Below, one piece after another: positions 29,051-39,642 of a DNA stretch of 64,000 nt. The position numbers and the translations under genes were made by a program. Location of the stretch: the IMG/VR virus record IMGVR_UViG_3300015606_001334, positions 1 through 64,000 of that record; one strand, 5' to 3'. Position 1 is the first letter of the stretch. Every line of letters starts with the position of its first letter. Below the pieces are notes generated by a model. The model was not told the origin of the DNA. It searched no databases and saw only the letters and a list, made by a program, of their open reading frames with translations. The stretch is from a virus (Duplodnaviria; Caudoviricetes).

Positions 29051-29671
29051 TTATTCAAGCCATGCATTATCATGCGAATGATCGGTGTCATACACCGCAA
29101 ATTCGATTTTGGGAAGTTTCTCAAGAGTGAGGTGATGAGCGTACATGGTCTTCAGAATTTGGTCAACTAGAAGACTGAAGTCTTCACTAACCTTGTCATA
29201 CGAACGATACGTCACCATTTGAATGTAAGACCCATCAGGACGACGTTTGAAAATGTTCTTGCTGAGATGGAGCTTGAATGTTCTCGCAATGTCAGTAAGA
29301 CTTTCAACGTCTTCGATGTTGTTGATCACGACACCAAAATGAGTTTCGAAATGGGAACCTAGAAAATGACGTTGCCCATTGTGCTCGCTTGGAGCAAGTG
29401 GATGCCAAGGGACTGTTTCGATCTTTGAACGAATGACAACAAACCCAGCTTTAGCCAAATGAGAGCAAATGCGTATCATTGCAACTTTTGCTTCTCCTAC
29501 TGTCCGATCATTTGTAGAGATAGTTGATGAAGTCATCACTTCACACAGAACATCACCCGATTTCTTTTGCAGGTCAAGGATGATGGGTTTTACACCAATC
29601 GTTTTGCACACTTCCTGGAATCGTTCTACTTCATGCGTCTTTACAGTGACATGAATTTCGTAATGCAACAT
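29051..29671 (-). CDS. hypothetical protein with ExH motifs
   Basis: Likely start MLHYEIHVTV at 29671; RSKIE, FETH, EFAVYD motifs. Confidence 0.6.
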   Translation of the reverse strand: MLHYEIHVTVKTHEVERFQEVCKTIGVKPIILDLQKKSGDVLCEVMTSSTISTNDRTVGEAKVAMIRICSHLAKAGFVVIRSKIETVPWHPLAPSEHNGQRHFLGSHFETHFGVVINNIEDVESLTDIARTFKLHLSKNIFKRRPDGSYIQMVTYRSYDKVSEDFSLLVDQILKTMYAHHLTLEKLPKIEFAVYDTDHSHDNAWLE

Positions 29672-29684
29672 ATTGATTTCCAAT

Positions 29685-29709
29685 GAAAAAGGGAGCCGAA
29701 GCTCCCTTT
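29685..29709 (-). terminator. rho-independent terminator
   Basis: AAAGGGAGC-TTCG-GCTCCCTTT followed by more Ts. Confidence 0.8.
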
Positions 29710-29726
29710 GATTTTCTTGAAACCGT

Positions 29727-30776
29727 TTAGGCTTCGACTTCTTGCCCAGCTTCTTGTTTCTTGACGTAGATCGAGTGAACCACGCCCAGACCAATGATTG
29801 CTGCAGAAGAGAGACCGACGATCGCTTCAGGGATATGCATGAAAGTACCGATGAACATTGTAGCTGCCAGCACACCGATCGCCCAGAAAGCAGAGTGTTC
29901 GAGGTAGGCAAATTCGTCAAGAGTACCCTTGTCAACCAGCATCAGGGTCAGGGACCGCACAAACATTGCACCGATACCGAGGCCAGCTGCAATGATGAAG
30001 ATGTTGTTGGTCAGAGCGAAGGCACCAATTACGCCGTCGAAAGAGAACGAAGCATCGAGGATTTCAAGGTACATGAACATTGCGAAGCCAGACTTTGCCA
30101 TCGCTGCTGCACCGTTACCGTGACCAACCATTTCTTCTTCGGTGGATTCCATCAGGGCACCGAAACCGTCAGCGATAATGTAAGTCACGATGCCAGCCAG
30201 ACCGCTCAGCCAGAAGGACAGATGTTCTTCAGCCGGCAGGAACTTGGTAACAGCGTACATCGAAGCGATGGTCAATGCGACTTGAACAGCTTCAATCTTG
30301 CCAATCTTGGCCAGCGGCTTCTCAATGAAACCGATCCAGTGGTTGTCCTTTTCTTCATCAACGAAGAACTTCCAGAACACCATGGCTAGGAAAGCGCCGC
30401 CGAAACCAGCAACTTGCAGATGAGCAGAAGTCAGGGCAGTTGCGTAGTCATCAGGCTTGAACATTGCCATATTCAGAGCTTCAAACATGTTGATGTCGGC
30501 GATGATTGCAACGATAACGAGCGGGAAAACCATTCGCATACCGAAAACCGCGATTGCCATACCCCATGTGATGAAGCGATGACGCCACTTGTCGTCCATG
30601 TCTTTGATGACCGTTGCGTTGACGACTGCGTTGTCGAAGGATAGTGAAACTTCCAGAACACCAAGCAGAAGAGTGGTAAACAGAGCGGCGGTACCGCCCA
30701 AGAAGATGAAGACCAGGGCACAGACAACTACCGTAAATACGATAGAGCTGTGGAAATATTTCATGATGTTTTGCAT
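29727..30776 (-). CDS. TerC-like DUF475 integral membrane protein
   Basis: LEVSLSFDNAVVNA, IAVFGMR, YLEILDASFSFDGVIGAFA, YLEH.A. Confidence 0.9.
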   Translation of the reverse strand: MQNIMKYFHSSIVFTVVVCALVFIFLGGTAALFTTLLLGVLEVSLSFDNAVVNATVIKDMDDKWRHRFITWGMAIAVFGMRMVFPLVIVAIIADINMFEALNMAMFKPDDYATALTSAHLQVAGFGGAFLAMVFWKFFVDEEKDNHWIGFIEKPLAKIGKIEAVQVALTIASMYAVTKFLPAEEHLSFWLSGLAGIVTYIIADGFGALMESTEEEMVGHGNGAAAMAKSGFAMFMYLEILDASFSFDGVIGAFALTNNIFIIAAGLGIGAMFVRSLTLMLVDKGTLDEFAYLEHSAFWAIGVLAATMFIGTFMHIPEAIVGLSSAAIIGLGVVHSIYVKKQEAGQEVEA

Positions 30777-30794
30777 CGTTGAACTCCTTAGAGA

Positions 30795-31301
30795 TTAGTA
30801 AACAGCGTTGGAAAAATTGAGCGGTTGGCTTTGCGCAAGACCGTGCTTGCGCTTGGCACGAAGGTTTGCACGTTGCAGGAACTGCGGAACGGTAGGATAC
30901 GGAGCAACGATTTGCTTGCCGTTTGCCCGAGTAACGATCGCAGTAGCCCAACCACCGGCAACAGAAGAATACGAAAGCGTAACTTCGTCGATCTGGCGAG
31001 CGAGAGGTGCTTCACTGATGTTCACCAGAAGAAAATCGGTTTCACCTTCTTTCGCGATGTTGCGACCATTGCGCATCTTGCGAATTTTGACCTTGGACGA
31101 GAAGAAATTTTGAGGAACCGTTTGCGGCTCCGGAATTGCTCCAACTACAGCTTCGATGGCTTGCTCAGGAGCCTTGACCAAAATCGGGGTAGAAGCTTGC
31201 TTCTCCTTCAGCCATTCGACGTATTCGAAGCTGATATTGCGATTGAATGCATGAATCGCCGAGAAAACTTCTTGTTGAAACGGATTGAGCTTGAAAGTCA
31301 T
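30795..31301 (-). CDS. hypothetical protein in Ter cluster
   Basis: 168 aa, SD AAGGA, own early promoter at 31349-31378. Confidence 0.55.
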   Translation of the reverse strand: MTFKLNPFQQEVFSAIHAFNRNISFEYVEWLKEKQASTPILVKAPEQAIEAVVGAIPEPQTVPQNFFSSKVKIRKMRNGRNIAKEGETDFLLVNISEAPLARQIDEVTLSYSSVAGGWATAIVTRANGKQIVAPYPTVPQFLQRANLRAKRKHGLAQSQPLNFSNAVY

Positions 31302-31378
31302 GATTTGTTATCCTTTTCCAATCATGCTATTGATTTAGCATGATTGGAATTATATCTACATTTCAGAAAAATGTAAAC

Positions 31379-32131
31379 TTATTTTGCAAACTTTTTGACC
31401 CAGTTACAGAATTCAACGTTGAGCAACTTCATGTAGAAGTCTTCGTCAGACACTGTCTCGAGGTCATCGAACTTCTCGAAGCCAACGTTCGGATACTTGT
31501 CGGCGATCTTCTTCAGCCAGGAGAAGGATTCGCTGCCGATACCAACCATCATCCAGTAGATGTTCTTGTTGGCACATTCCTTGATGATGCGCTCAGCTTC
31601 AGCATGATCACTGTTGTCACCATCGGTAACGAACGGAACGAAGATCGGGAATTTTGGTTGACGAGCTTCGATGCTGAACGTTTCGGTTTCAACAACCTTC
31701 GGCTTGGCGCCGAACAGCTTACCAATGAAACCAGGCTGTTCTTCGGTCTTGGCGATAACCTTGACTTCTTCAGTGAAGGATTGCTTGATGATGTCATTCA
31801 TGACCGGAGCGTAGCTCGTGCCGCCCCACTTGTAGATGCTGGAGTTGCGGAGGATGTGCTTGTCGATGTAACCTTCGTGCATGGATTCGGTCACGACCGG
31901 TGCTTCGTCGAAGCTATTGGTGAATGTCCATACTTCCATTTCACCATTGTCGTCGAAGCGGGAAGCAACGGCGAGCAGGCGATCGGTCAGATTTTGAACG
32001 GTACCGTTTTCGTAAAGACGTTGCATCGAGCCAGAAATGTCCAGCGCGAACTTGACTTCACAGGTTACCTGGGGCAGCTTGCGCTTTTCCAGAACGATAC
32101 CAACTTTTTTCTTCAACAGATCAATTGCCAT
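31379..32131 (-). CDS. vWA domain protein (TerF/vWA-like)
   Basis: MIDAS DISGSM, WGGT.YAP, FVTDG. Confidence 0.85.
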   Translation of the reverse strand: MAIDLLKKKVGIVLEKRKLPQVTCEVKFALDISGSMQRLYENGTVQNLTDRLLAVASRFDDNGEMEVWTFTNSFDEAPVVTESMHEGYIDKHILRNSSIYKWGGTSYAPVMNDIIKQSFTEEVKVIAKTEEQPGFIGKLFGAKPKVVETETFSIEARQPKFPIFVPFVTDGDNSDHAEAERIIKECANKNIYWMMVGIGSESFSWLKKIADKYPNVGFEKFDDLETVSDEDFYMKLLNVEFCNWVKKFAK

Positions 32132-32426
32132 GAGTCATCTCCTTAAAAGTAATGGCGAAATCATTCAAATAAACATGCAGACGATTATCCCAACTTACCG
32201 GAATTCCCTTCGTCCAGAGAGTATTCCATAGTGCCAAATATCCGTGGGTATCCAAGTATTTTTCGGCTTCATTCTTACTTAGGAAGTTTTGAGCGATACA
32301 ATTAGAACCGAACAAAACTTTCCAACGACGTTCTTTGTGCGACTTTTCAGGTGGACCTTTATGATCAATCACCTTGATTTCGTACTCTTCAACGACGAAC
32401 TTTCTTTCTAGCAGGAGGTTGTTCAC
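32121..32426 (-). CDS. hypothetical protein
   Basis: 101 aa in operon. Confidence 0.45.
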   Translation of the reverse strand: MNNLLLERKFVVEEYEIKVIDHKGPPEKSHKERRWKVLFGSNCIAQNFLSKNEAEKYLDTHGYLALWNTLWTKGIPVSWDNRLHVYLNDFAITFKEMTHGN

Positions 32427-32682
32427 TGTCGAGAGCTTCCTTACACGATTGCCAAAAACGTTGCTGCCAATTTTTAAGGTAGGTGTCCTTTGAAATTTTC
32501 AACAACATACCAAGTCTAGATCTTTTTGCTGCACCTTCGGTGAAGAAAGCTGAAGAACCTATCAACTTCCTTTTTCCATTCACCAGAATCGCCCAAGACT
32601 GTTTGTTAGTCCTAATTTCGGCATCAACTAGCTGAATTGGTCGCCAAGGGCGCAGCAAGTCGTATATGAAAACCCTGGTCAT
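32389..32682 (-). CDS. hypothetical protein
   Basis: 97 aa in operon. Confidence 0.5.
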   Translation of the reverse strand: MTRVFIYDLLRPWRPIQLVDAEIRTNKQSWAILVNGKRKLIGSSAFFTEGAAKRSRLGMLLKISKDTYLKNWQQRFWQSCKEALDSEQPPARKKVRR

Positions 32683-33863
32683 TACTTCGACTGAACAACC
32701 AGCTTCTGATAGAGTTCTTTCTTCATCGTGCCGATCTGGGCAGACATTTGCTTGCGGTGTGCTTCACCTTCAGATTCGATCTTCTTCATTTCTTCGAAGG
32801 TCGAAATTAGGGTATTCTGCATGTGCTGCAAAGATTCGATATCGATAATGCTGCGCTGATTTGCCTTCGCCACTTGTACGGAGGTTTGACCAAGTTGATC
32901 AGCATTTGCCTTGTAGAAATCGTTGGTTGCATTGTCCATAAAATCTGCCAGATTGGCGGCCTTTTTGCTTTCGTCGAGAGAAACAGCCAAAACGAATTGC
33001 TTCTTCCAGGCAGGAATTGTGAGGCCCTTGGCGTTAATGAACTTCTCAATCAACATCTGGTTGTTGGACTGGATCATCCGAATTTCAGGCATAGATTGAA
33101 CCGCCATCATTTGAACTGCTTCAAGATCGGAAATCCGCTTAGAGAAGCGAGCGATTGACGACTGCCAGTCAGCATAACTTTGCGCGACGAGAGGATCGCT
33201 GATTTTGCCAGTGATCACTGCCTCATTACGTTGAGATTCAAATTGGGCCTGCTGATCTTCAAGAAACACTTTACCGTCCTTGATCAGTTTATCAAGCTCC
33301 TGATATTCTGCCATGTTGTGATCGTACAACTGATCAAGCAGACGAATTCTCTTCGACAGAGCCTCATTGGTCGAATCAAGCTCGACAACAACCTTGTCGA
33401 TCTGATCCTTCAAAGAGTTGAATTTCGCAACGAACTTGTCACGACGTTTGTTGAACGAATCAATCAAACCGCCGATTAGCGGAATCTTGGAAGCAGTGCC
33501 GTTGAGTTCCGAAACATTCAGTTCCTTGGCAATCGAAACGATCGAAACCAGCTTATCACCGACTTGACCAGTCGCCGAAGTCTTCACATACTCGAGAACC
33601 TCATCAGCAAACTTGGCGACGTTATCTTGGGCAGAAGCACCGTAGTTAGAAACTGCAGTAGGATTCTTGATATCGAAATTTGCCAAAGCCGTTGAAGTAG
33701 AACGTTGGCCTCGACCGATAGATTGAGCCGGAGTAATTTGGCCAACAGACTGTTGAACTTGGATATTTTGCTGAACAGCGGAAGCCATTTCGGCTACTTG
33801 AGCAGGCTTCACTGAAGAAATTTCAGCTTGGATCGGCTTCGGAGAAAAGAGAGGTTTCGTCAT
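32682..33863 (-). CDS. TelA-like toxic anion resistance protein
   Basis: YGASAQ, QSMPEIRMIQSNN..L.EK, TIPAWK.Q, QRSIIDIE.L. Confidence 0.88.
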   Translation of the reverse strand: MTKPLFSPKPIQAEISSVKPAQVAEMASAVQQNIQVQQSVGQITPAQSIGRGQRSTSTALANFDIKNPTAVSNYGASAQDNVAKFADEVLEYVKTSATGQVGDKLVSIVSIAKELNVSELNGTASKIPLIGGLIDSFNKRRDKFVAKFNSLKDQIDKVVVELDSTNEALSKRIRLLDQLYDHNMAEYQELDKLIKDGKVFLEDQQAQFESQRNEAVITGKISDPLVAQSYADWQSSIARFSKRISDLEAVQMMAVQSMPEIRMIQSNNQMLIEKFINAKGLTIPAWKKQFVLAVSLDESKKAANLADFMDNATNDFYKANADQLGQTSVQVAKANQRSIIDIESLQHMQNTLISTFEEMKKIESEGEAHRKQMSAQIGTMKKELYQKLVVQSK

Positions 33864-33882
33864 GAATAAGCATCCTTAAAAG

Positions 33883-34986
33883 TTAAGCAGAGACTACTGC
33901 TTTGTCCGTCATTATATCACAAATACTCTGAGAAAGTAAATCTTTATTTTTCTGAACGCCATCAAAGTTGTTACCAGCGATTGCTGAAATCAAGCTTTGC
34001 TTCCACAATGGAATAAGGCTGGTCACCATGTTGTTCAAATTCTCAACCATCTTCACATTCGTCGTTTGAGTCATTCGAATTTGAGCGAGAGTCAATTCGT
34101 TCTGACCAACCGTCATTTCAAGGGTGTCGATTCGCTTAATGAAGCTATTGAAGATGTCAATTTCATCTCGAGCATTCTGTGAAACCATCATGTTGGTGCC
34201 GTTCAGCTGTTCTTCCAGCTTGGGCAGCTTGCGACGCTTGAACACCGAAATTCTGTCACGTCCAGCAGCAATCGCAAGGATTAGTTCTGAATGGTAACGT
34301 TTGCTACGATCCAGCAAATTATCCAACTTTGGGATCAAGTCAAGGAAGAACTTCACGTTAGCGTCGATTGATTTCGAAACCTTTTCGACTTCATCAATCG
34401 TCTCTCCAATCCGCTCAGACAGCGTCTTCTTCTTTTTGAAGACAGCAAAGAATCCTTCGTCAGGATCTTGAGCAGGATTGAAGTTGATGAGGAGCTTCAG
34501 CTTCGAAACATCAACAGAAACTCTCGCGTCAAATGTGTTTTCCTTGGCAAAATTCAGGATATCGTCGACGGCTTGAGCAAGCTTCTTGTTTAGCTCTTTA
34601 CCGTAATCGAGAACCGCAACCCGATCAGTGAGGTCAATTTCCTCAGAAAGATCTTTAATCTTCGCAATCTCAAAAGCAGAGAAATTAGGATAACGAGCAC
34701 GATCTTCCATGGTAATCTCAGCTTCCGAAGTATGTTTCGGTTTAAAAAGAGGTGCAGGAGTTTCGACCTTCTTCTTTTCAGCCGGCTTTTCTGTAACTAC
34801 CGGCGGAGTAAACACGCCCGGGGTTTTCTTTGCTGGCTGAAGATTGGATTCAAACAAAGCTTTGCCGCTCTTCGAATCAGAAACCGTAAACTTACCAACG
34901 AATTCTTTCGTAGCAGGTTGAGTTTTCGGCTCTTCTTTCTTAGGTGGCAAACTGTTTTGGTCGAATAGCGCTTTAGGCACGTACAT
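33883..34986 (-). CDS. TelA paralogue with extended N-terminus
   Basis: DYG, QIRMTQ, LIPLWKQ; truncated C-terminus. Confidence 0.7.
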   Translation of the reverse strand: MYVPKALFDQNSLPPKKEEPKTQPATKEFVGKFTVSDSKSGKALFESNLQPAKKTPGVFTPPVVTEKPAEKKKVETPAPLFKPKHTSEAEITMEDRARYPNFSAFEIAKIKDLSEEIDLTDRVAVLDYGKELNKKLAQAVDDILNFAKENTFDARVSVDVSKLKLLINFNPAQDPDEGFFAVFKKKKTLSERIGETIDEVEKVSKSIDANVKFFLDLIPKLDNLLDRSKRYHSELILAIAAGRDRISVFKRRKLPKLEEQLNGTNMMVSQNARDEIDIFNSFIKRIDTLEMTVGQNELTLAQIRMTQTTNVKMVENLNNMVTSLIPLWKQSLISAIAGNNFDGVQKNKDLLSQSICDIMTDKAVVSA

Positions 34987-35023
34987 CTCTCATAGCATCT
35001 TAAAAGTTGGTGCTATTATATCT

Positions 35024-35635
35024 TCATTTTCTGATCATGTAAACCATTACTTTGTTATTGATGAAATGAGAAGCAGATTCTTCTTTAGAATCAATCACAT
35101 AGTCATACTGATCTTTGTAACTGTCCCAATTCCCTTCCTTCAAAACCATATCCTTGACCCGAAGAAGGCTATTTTTCAAGACGTCAATTTCATTCAAAGA
35201 ACCCCAAGCCAAATCTTTTTTGGTTCGCTCTGCAAGACGGGTAAAGATCACTTCGTCTGGGCAGTCTAGATAAAACGAAAGGACTGAGATACCCCTCTTT
35301 GCTAGCATTTCCTTGTATGGCTGAAGACCATTCGGCGTAAGGATTACGCAGGGAATTTTACCTTCCTTCAATTTTCCATCTAGCTCAAACCTAGTTAGAC
35401 CATAAACTTGCCCACCATGAACGTTGTATTCAAGGAAAATGTCGTTGTTGATATAGTGCTCAGCTAAGCTTGACTGGATAAAATGATAGTCTTGACCTTC
35501 AGATTCTCCATCTCGTGGAGCTCTAGTTGTGGTGGTAACAAGCTTTGTGTAATTTTCGTTTTGAAGCATCTTGTTCAATGCATATGTTTTGCCTGAACAA
35601 GTTTTACCACTAATGACTACTACGAAGTTACTCAC
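35024..35635 (-). CDS. gmk: guanylate kinase-like protein
   Basis: SGKTCSGKT, TTTTRAPRDGE.EG.DYHF, FLEY...YG. Confidence 0.85.
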   Translation of the reverse strand: MSNFVVVISGKTCSGKTYALNKMLQNENYTKLVTTTTRAPRDGESEGQDYHFIQSSLAEHYINNDIFLEYNVHGGQVYGLTRFELDGKLKEGKIPCVILTPNGLQPYKEMLAKRGISVLSFYLDCPDEVIFTRLAERTKKDLAWGSLNEIDVLKNSLLRVKDMVLKEGNWDSYKDQYDYVIDSKEESASHFINNKVMVYMIRK

Positions 35636-36075
35636 AATGGACTTCCTTTTCTTTGTTTTGTTTTGAATAGGTTCATTGCTTCAACATCTTCATCGCTAAG
35701 AACATCTCCAAGCTCTTTCTTGATCATCACCTTCATGAAGGCAATCGCCAGATTTGGGTGAGTGACTTCAATTTCAGGGAATGCCTGGAAGTAAAGGACG
35801 TAGTTGGAATCCTGATCCCACTTCAAGCCGATATTCTCAGAACGAAGCTCCCTTAGAATGGTGGTATCACTAAAGTCCTTATTGTATGCTCTATTACGGA
35901 AGCTACCATTTGAGTCATTTACTATAGAGACAGCAGTAAGTCCAACCTTACTCAACTTTAGTTCCGCTCGCCAGCAACAATATTCTGGAAAATAGTCGAA
36001 CCCAGAATATCCAGTAGCGTAATGGAAAGCTAGTTGGAGCTCAAAATCTTTTAAGAGCTCAACGGAAACTTTCAT
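35632..36075 (-). CDS. hypothetical protein
   Basis: 147 aa in operon. Confidence 0.5.
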   Translation of the reverse strand: MKVSVELLKDFELQLAFHYATGYSGFDYFPEYCCWRAELKLSKVGLTAVSIVNDSNGSFRNRAYNKDFSDTTILRELRSENIGLKWDQDSNYVLYFQAFPEIEVTHPNLAIAFMKVMIKKELGDVLSDEDVEAMNLFKTKQRKGSPL

Positions 36076-36647
36076 GCCATAGCTTCCTGAAAAATCTGAT
36101 CTGGAGTCTTGAAACCACCATTACCATTGCACACGTCAATCATGACTTTGTTAGGCATGGTAGACCGTTCGAAAGCTGCGATGAAGTCTTCTTGCTCTGA
36201 CTCTTTTGCAGAGAAATCGAAACTTAGACCATCATCTTGAATGAACGAAAAATCTGAGGTTGTAAGCAAGATCAGCTTGACATTTCTTGAATAACCTTTA
36301 GCCCAAGAATCCATACTACTAGTGAATTGGTTTTCCAGCTCAAACACATAATCGCCGCTATAGCCACGATATCGAGGTGCATAGAGCACTTCGCCAAGGT
36401 GGAACCGATCGAAGATCAAGCCGTCACAACAACGGAGCATATCAAAGCCTCGGGAAAACGAAATGTACTGATACTTACCAAGGGGCGGCAAGGTATGCAT
36501 AATTCCACCAAAGGTCGGATCATTGTAGTACTCGAGAGCCTTTGGCTTTTCGTAGTGAATTACTGTATGATACCCAAACTTTTCCTGAATGAGGCCGATT
36601 AAGGTACCTTTTCCAAGGCGGTCAACGCCTTCAATGATAAAATTCAT
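36072..36647 (-). CDS. dNMP/thymidylate kinase-like P-loop kinase
   Basis: IIEGVDRLGKGT, IFDRFHLGE..Y...YRG. Confidence 0.8.
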   Translation of the reverse strand: MNFIIEGVDRLGKGTLIGLIQEKFGYHTVIHYEKPKALEYYNDPTFGGIMHTLPPLGKYQYISFSRGFDMLRCCDGLIFDRFHLGEVLYAPRYRGYSGDYVFELENQFTSSMDSWAKGYSRNVKLILLTTSDFSFIQDDGLSFDFSAKESEQEDFIAAFERSTMPNKVMIDVCNGNGGFKTPDQIFQEAMA

Positions 36648-36663
36648 AAGTGCTTTCCTGAAA

Positions 36664-36698
36664 AGAGAATTATAACATCATTCTCTGTTACTTGAAAC
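36664..36698 (-). promoter_or_regulatory. early-type promoter with -10 inside an inverted repeat
   Basis: TGTTATAAT; arms AGAGAAT / ATTCTCT. Confidence 0.55.
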
Positions 36699-38390
36699 TT
36701 CAAATTCGTCTCGCCAAACATTGAGCGGATTATTGAAGAGGCGTTGAGCATTGGCGTCTAGGATGTACGTAACTGCATAATCGTCAGCACTACGAACTGA
36801 ACGACCACCGCCTTGAACGATCTTCTGGATAGTGAGAAGATTGTAAATGTTTGGGTGCTTATCGAGAATGTACTTCATTCTCTTTTCAGCCAATGAAGGA
36901 TAAGGAGCCTTCACAATGATTTGATAACGACTGTGATCACCTGGAAGGTCAACACCCTCATAAATAGAAGGAGACAACATGATCTTCGGACCCTTGGACT
37001 TCTTGAACCGCTCGATCAACTCATCAGCCTTCATACCACGAGTATGTTCAAACACCTCAAGATTTTTCAGACCAATGGAGCGAACAGTCTTTGCCATTCT
37101 TTCAGTAACAACGAATGACGGTGTTAGAATGATCCCGTTCTCGGAGAATTCGCTCACATGAGTATTAACAATCAGTTTAACACTTTCACACAAGTTATTG
37201 ATTGTCTTTTCTTCTTGCATCGACTTATGGTTAAGACTTTGCGTGTTGAAGAACATAATGTGCTTATGCTCTTTCGGGAACGACGGAGCTACCTTGATGA
37301 ACTCTACCTTACTTGGGTCAAGCTTCAAAGTTTCAGTGATGTAGTCCTTTGAAATCGTGGCAGACATGAACAGGTTGTAATCCGAATGGACCAAAGTCTG
37401 CTCAAACATGGTACCAATAAAGATTGGCTTTACTGTGGCCTCAAGGGTATCCTTGTTGAATTCGAAAATATGCTCATAGTTGTAGACGAGTAGGTCATCA
37501 ACTTTGCACCCAAGACCGAAATACTTCTTAGCGAGCTTGGAATACTTGGTGTAGCGATTGATGTCATAGCCGGATTCGTCACAAAGTCGTTGAGCTTCGT
37601 CGAAGGCAGTGTGGTAGATAAAATTTAGAGTCTTAAGGTATTCCTTGTAGTTGGACTCATTGATCTTACCTGCTTCGAGATCTTGCTGGACAGCTTTGAG
37701 CTTCTTGAACATGTCAAGGTCACCGAGCTTTAGATTTTCAGCAAGCTCTTCGTAGAACTTCTTCAACCGCTCTTTCGAGAAGTAAATCGCATTGTGTTCG
37801 CAGAAGGCGTCATTGATAGTGTGAGCTTCATCCCAAATTACGATGTCACGCGATTCGAATACGTCAGCAAATTGACGATCAACAAAGTAGTAGCTGAAGT
37901 TGGTAATCACATTCTTTGAGTCATTCTTCATTCTCTTCAGAATTTGATACTCACACTTGTTGCAGTACTTCGACGTGATTTCAGTCAGTCCTTCCTTTCG
38001 GAATTTTTGGATTGCGCAATTCTCAGCAGAGACTTTGCCATCTTGCTCATCAGTCGACAGTGCAGCGCAAGTGTAATTGTTGGCGCCCTTCAATTGAAGG
38101 AAGCAATGATTGCCAAACTTTGAGAAAGTCTGGTAGTATTGCTTTGTCAAAGCATTGTTATGCATCAGAATTAGGGAAGCAAGTTTAGTTCCCTTCAACG
38201 CATTGATCACATCAGCAATCACTGCGCCAATGATCGATTTACCGGTACCTGTCGGTGCATTCAACACGACGTAAGGTTTCTGCTTATCGACAAATGCTAC
38301 GATTACGTCGTTGATGTAGGTTACTTGATTTTCTCTAGGAGTCATTTGAAGTTTTTCAAATGACTCCAAGATTTGTTTCTCATACTTCAT
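36678..38390 (-). CDS. DinG/Rad3-like SF2 helicase
   Basis: Q motif [13 protein letters not shown], Cys cluster, DEAH, MSAT, EGVD.PGD, Q..GR.VRS..D. Confidence 0.88.
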   Translation of the reverse strand: MKYEKQILESFEKLQMTPRENQVTYINDVIVAFVDKQKPYVVLNAPTGTGKSIIGAVIADVINALKGTKLASLILMHNNALTKQYYQTFSKFGNHCFLQLKGANNYTCAALSTDEQDGKVSAENCAIQKFRKEGLTEITSKYCNKCEYQILKRMKNDSKNVITNFSYYFVDRQFADVFESRDIVIWDEAHTINDAFCEHNAIYFSKERLKKFYEELAENLKLGDLDMFKKLKAVQQDLEAGKINESNYKEYLKTLNFIYHTAFDEAQRLCDESGYDINRYTKYSKLAKKYFGLGCKVDDLLVYNYEHIFEFNKDTLEATVKPIFIGTMFEQTLVHSDYNLFMSATISKDYITETLKLDPSKVEFIKVAPSFPKEHKHIMFFNTQSLNHKSMQEEKTINNLCESVKLIVNTHVSEFSENGIILTPSFVVTERMAKTVRSIGLKNLEVFEHTRGMKADELIERFKKSKGPKIMLSPSIYEGVDLPGDHSRYQIIVKAPYPSLAEKRMKYILDKHPNIYNLLTIQKIVQGGGRSVRSADDYAVTYILDANAQRLFNNPLNVWRDEFEVSSNRE

Positions 38391-39612
38391 TCACTGCTTC
38401 CTTTTGGTTACGGACTAGCTTAGGTTTTGCACCCTTAGTCACGACCTTTTCGGAAACAATTACCTTTTCAACATCTTCCTCGTCGGGAATGCTAAACATC
38501 GTATCACGCAAACAGCGTTCAATAATTGCTCGTAGGCCTCGTGCGCCAGTCTTATTTTCGTATGCAAGCTTTGCGACTGCAGCGATCGCCTTCTCGTCGA
38601 ATTCGAGTTCGACACCATCAAGTTCGAGAAGAGCTTGGTATTGTTTCAGGATGGAATTTTTCGGTTCAGTCAAAACTTGGCTGAGGGCATGCTCGTCAAG
38701 TTCATCAAGGTGACAGATGACTGGGAAACGGCCAATGAATTCAGGGATAAGGCCAAATTCTTGAAGATCGTCAGGAGAGATGTCCTTCTTTTTCGCCTTA
38801 ACAGGTTTCTTCTTTTCAACATTGCTAGTGAAACCCATGGAAGGAGCAGAATCCTTTTCCACGATATCGTCAAGGCCTACAAAGGCACCTGCTGCAATAA
38901 ACAGGATGTTGGTTGTGTCGAGGAATTCTGCGGATGCGCCTGGAGTTTTACGACCTCCAGTCATTTGAACTCGAGCATTGGTGCCTTCAACGATTTTCAG
39001 TAGAGCTTGCTGAACGCCTTCACCAGATACGTCACGAGTAATCGATGGGCCTGAACCCTTCTTAGCGATCTTATCGATTTCGTCGATGAAGATGATACCA
39101 TGCTTTGCTTTTTCATGATCGCCATCTGCAGCAAGTAGCAAACGTTGAAGGATAGTTTCGACGTCATCACCCACATAACCAGCTTCAGTCAATGAAGTTG
39201 CGTCAGCAATCGTGAACGGAACATCCAAAAACTTGGCAATAGTTTGGGCAAGGAGGGTTTTACCTGTGCCGGTAGGACCTGCCAAAAGGATGTTCGCCTT
39301 TTGGATTTCTACTGGAGACTTCAAAACATTCTTCTTGTTGATTCGCTTGTAGTGGTTGTAGACCGCAAGAGCAAGAACTTTTTTGGCATCCGCCTGCCCA
39401 ACGATGAACTGGTCAAGATGGGCAACAAGTTCGCTTGGGGAGAATTTGCGATCGGTTTTCACATTCTTTTTATTCTCTTCACGTTCTTCTTCGTGAAGTA
39501 GAGAATGAGTCAATTCGACGCACTCGTTACAAATGAAGAAGTCTCCAGCTTTTAGGAGTTTTTTGACCTGTTCTTTGGTCTTCTCACACACAGAGCATTG
39601 TTGATGTGCCAT
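38380..39612 (-). CDS. clpX: ClpX unfoldase
   Basis: C4 zinc finger, [46 protein letters not shown]. Confidence 0.95.
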   Translation of the reverse strand: MAHQQCSVCEKTKEQVKKLLKAGDFFICNECVELTHSLLHEEEREENKKNVKTDRKFSPSELVAHLDQFIVGQADAKKVLALAVYNHYKRINKKNVLKSPVEIQKANILLAGPTGTGKTLLAQTIAKFLDVPFTIADATSLTEAGYVGDDVETILQRLLLAADGDHEKAKHGIIFIDEIDKIAKKGSGPSITRDVSGEGVQQALLKIVEGTNARVQMTGGRKTPGASAEFLDTTNILFIAAGAFVGLDDIVEKDSAPSMGFTSNVEKKKPVKAKKKDISPDDLQEFGLIPEFIGRFPVICHLDELDEHALSQVLTEPKNSILKQYQALLELDGVELEFDEKAIAAVAKLAYENKTGARGLRAIIERCLRDTMFSIPDEEDVEKVIVSEKVVTKGAKPKLVRNQKEAVNEV

Positions 39613-39642
39613 CTTAGTCCTTCGTTTAACGTTTGGGATTTG

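Noticed and set aside
26783-32146. Long plus-strand ORFs (26783-27463, 29742-30389, 31340-32146)
   Set aside because: Antisense to well-supported ATPase, TerC-like and vWA genes
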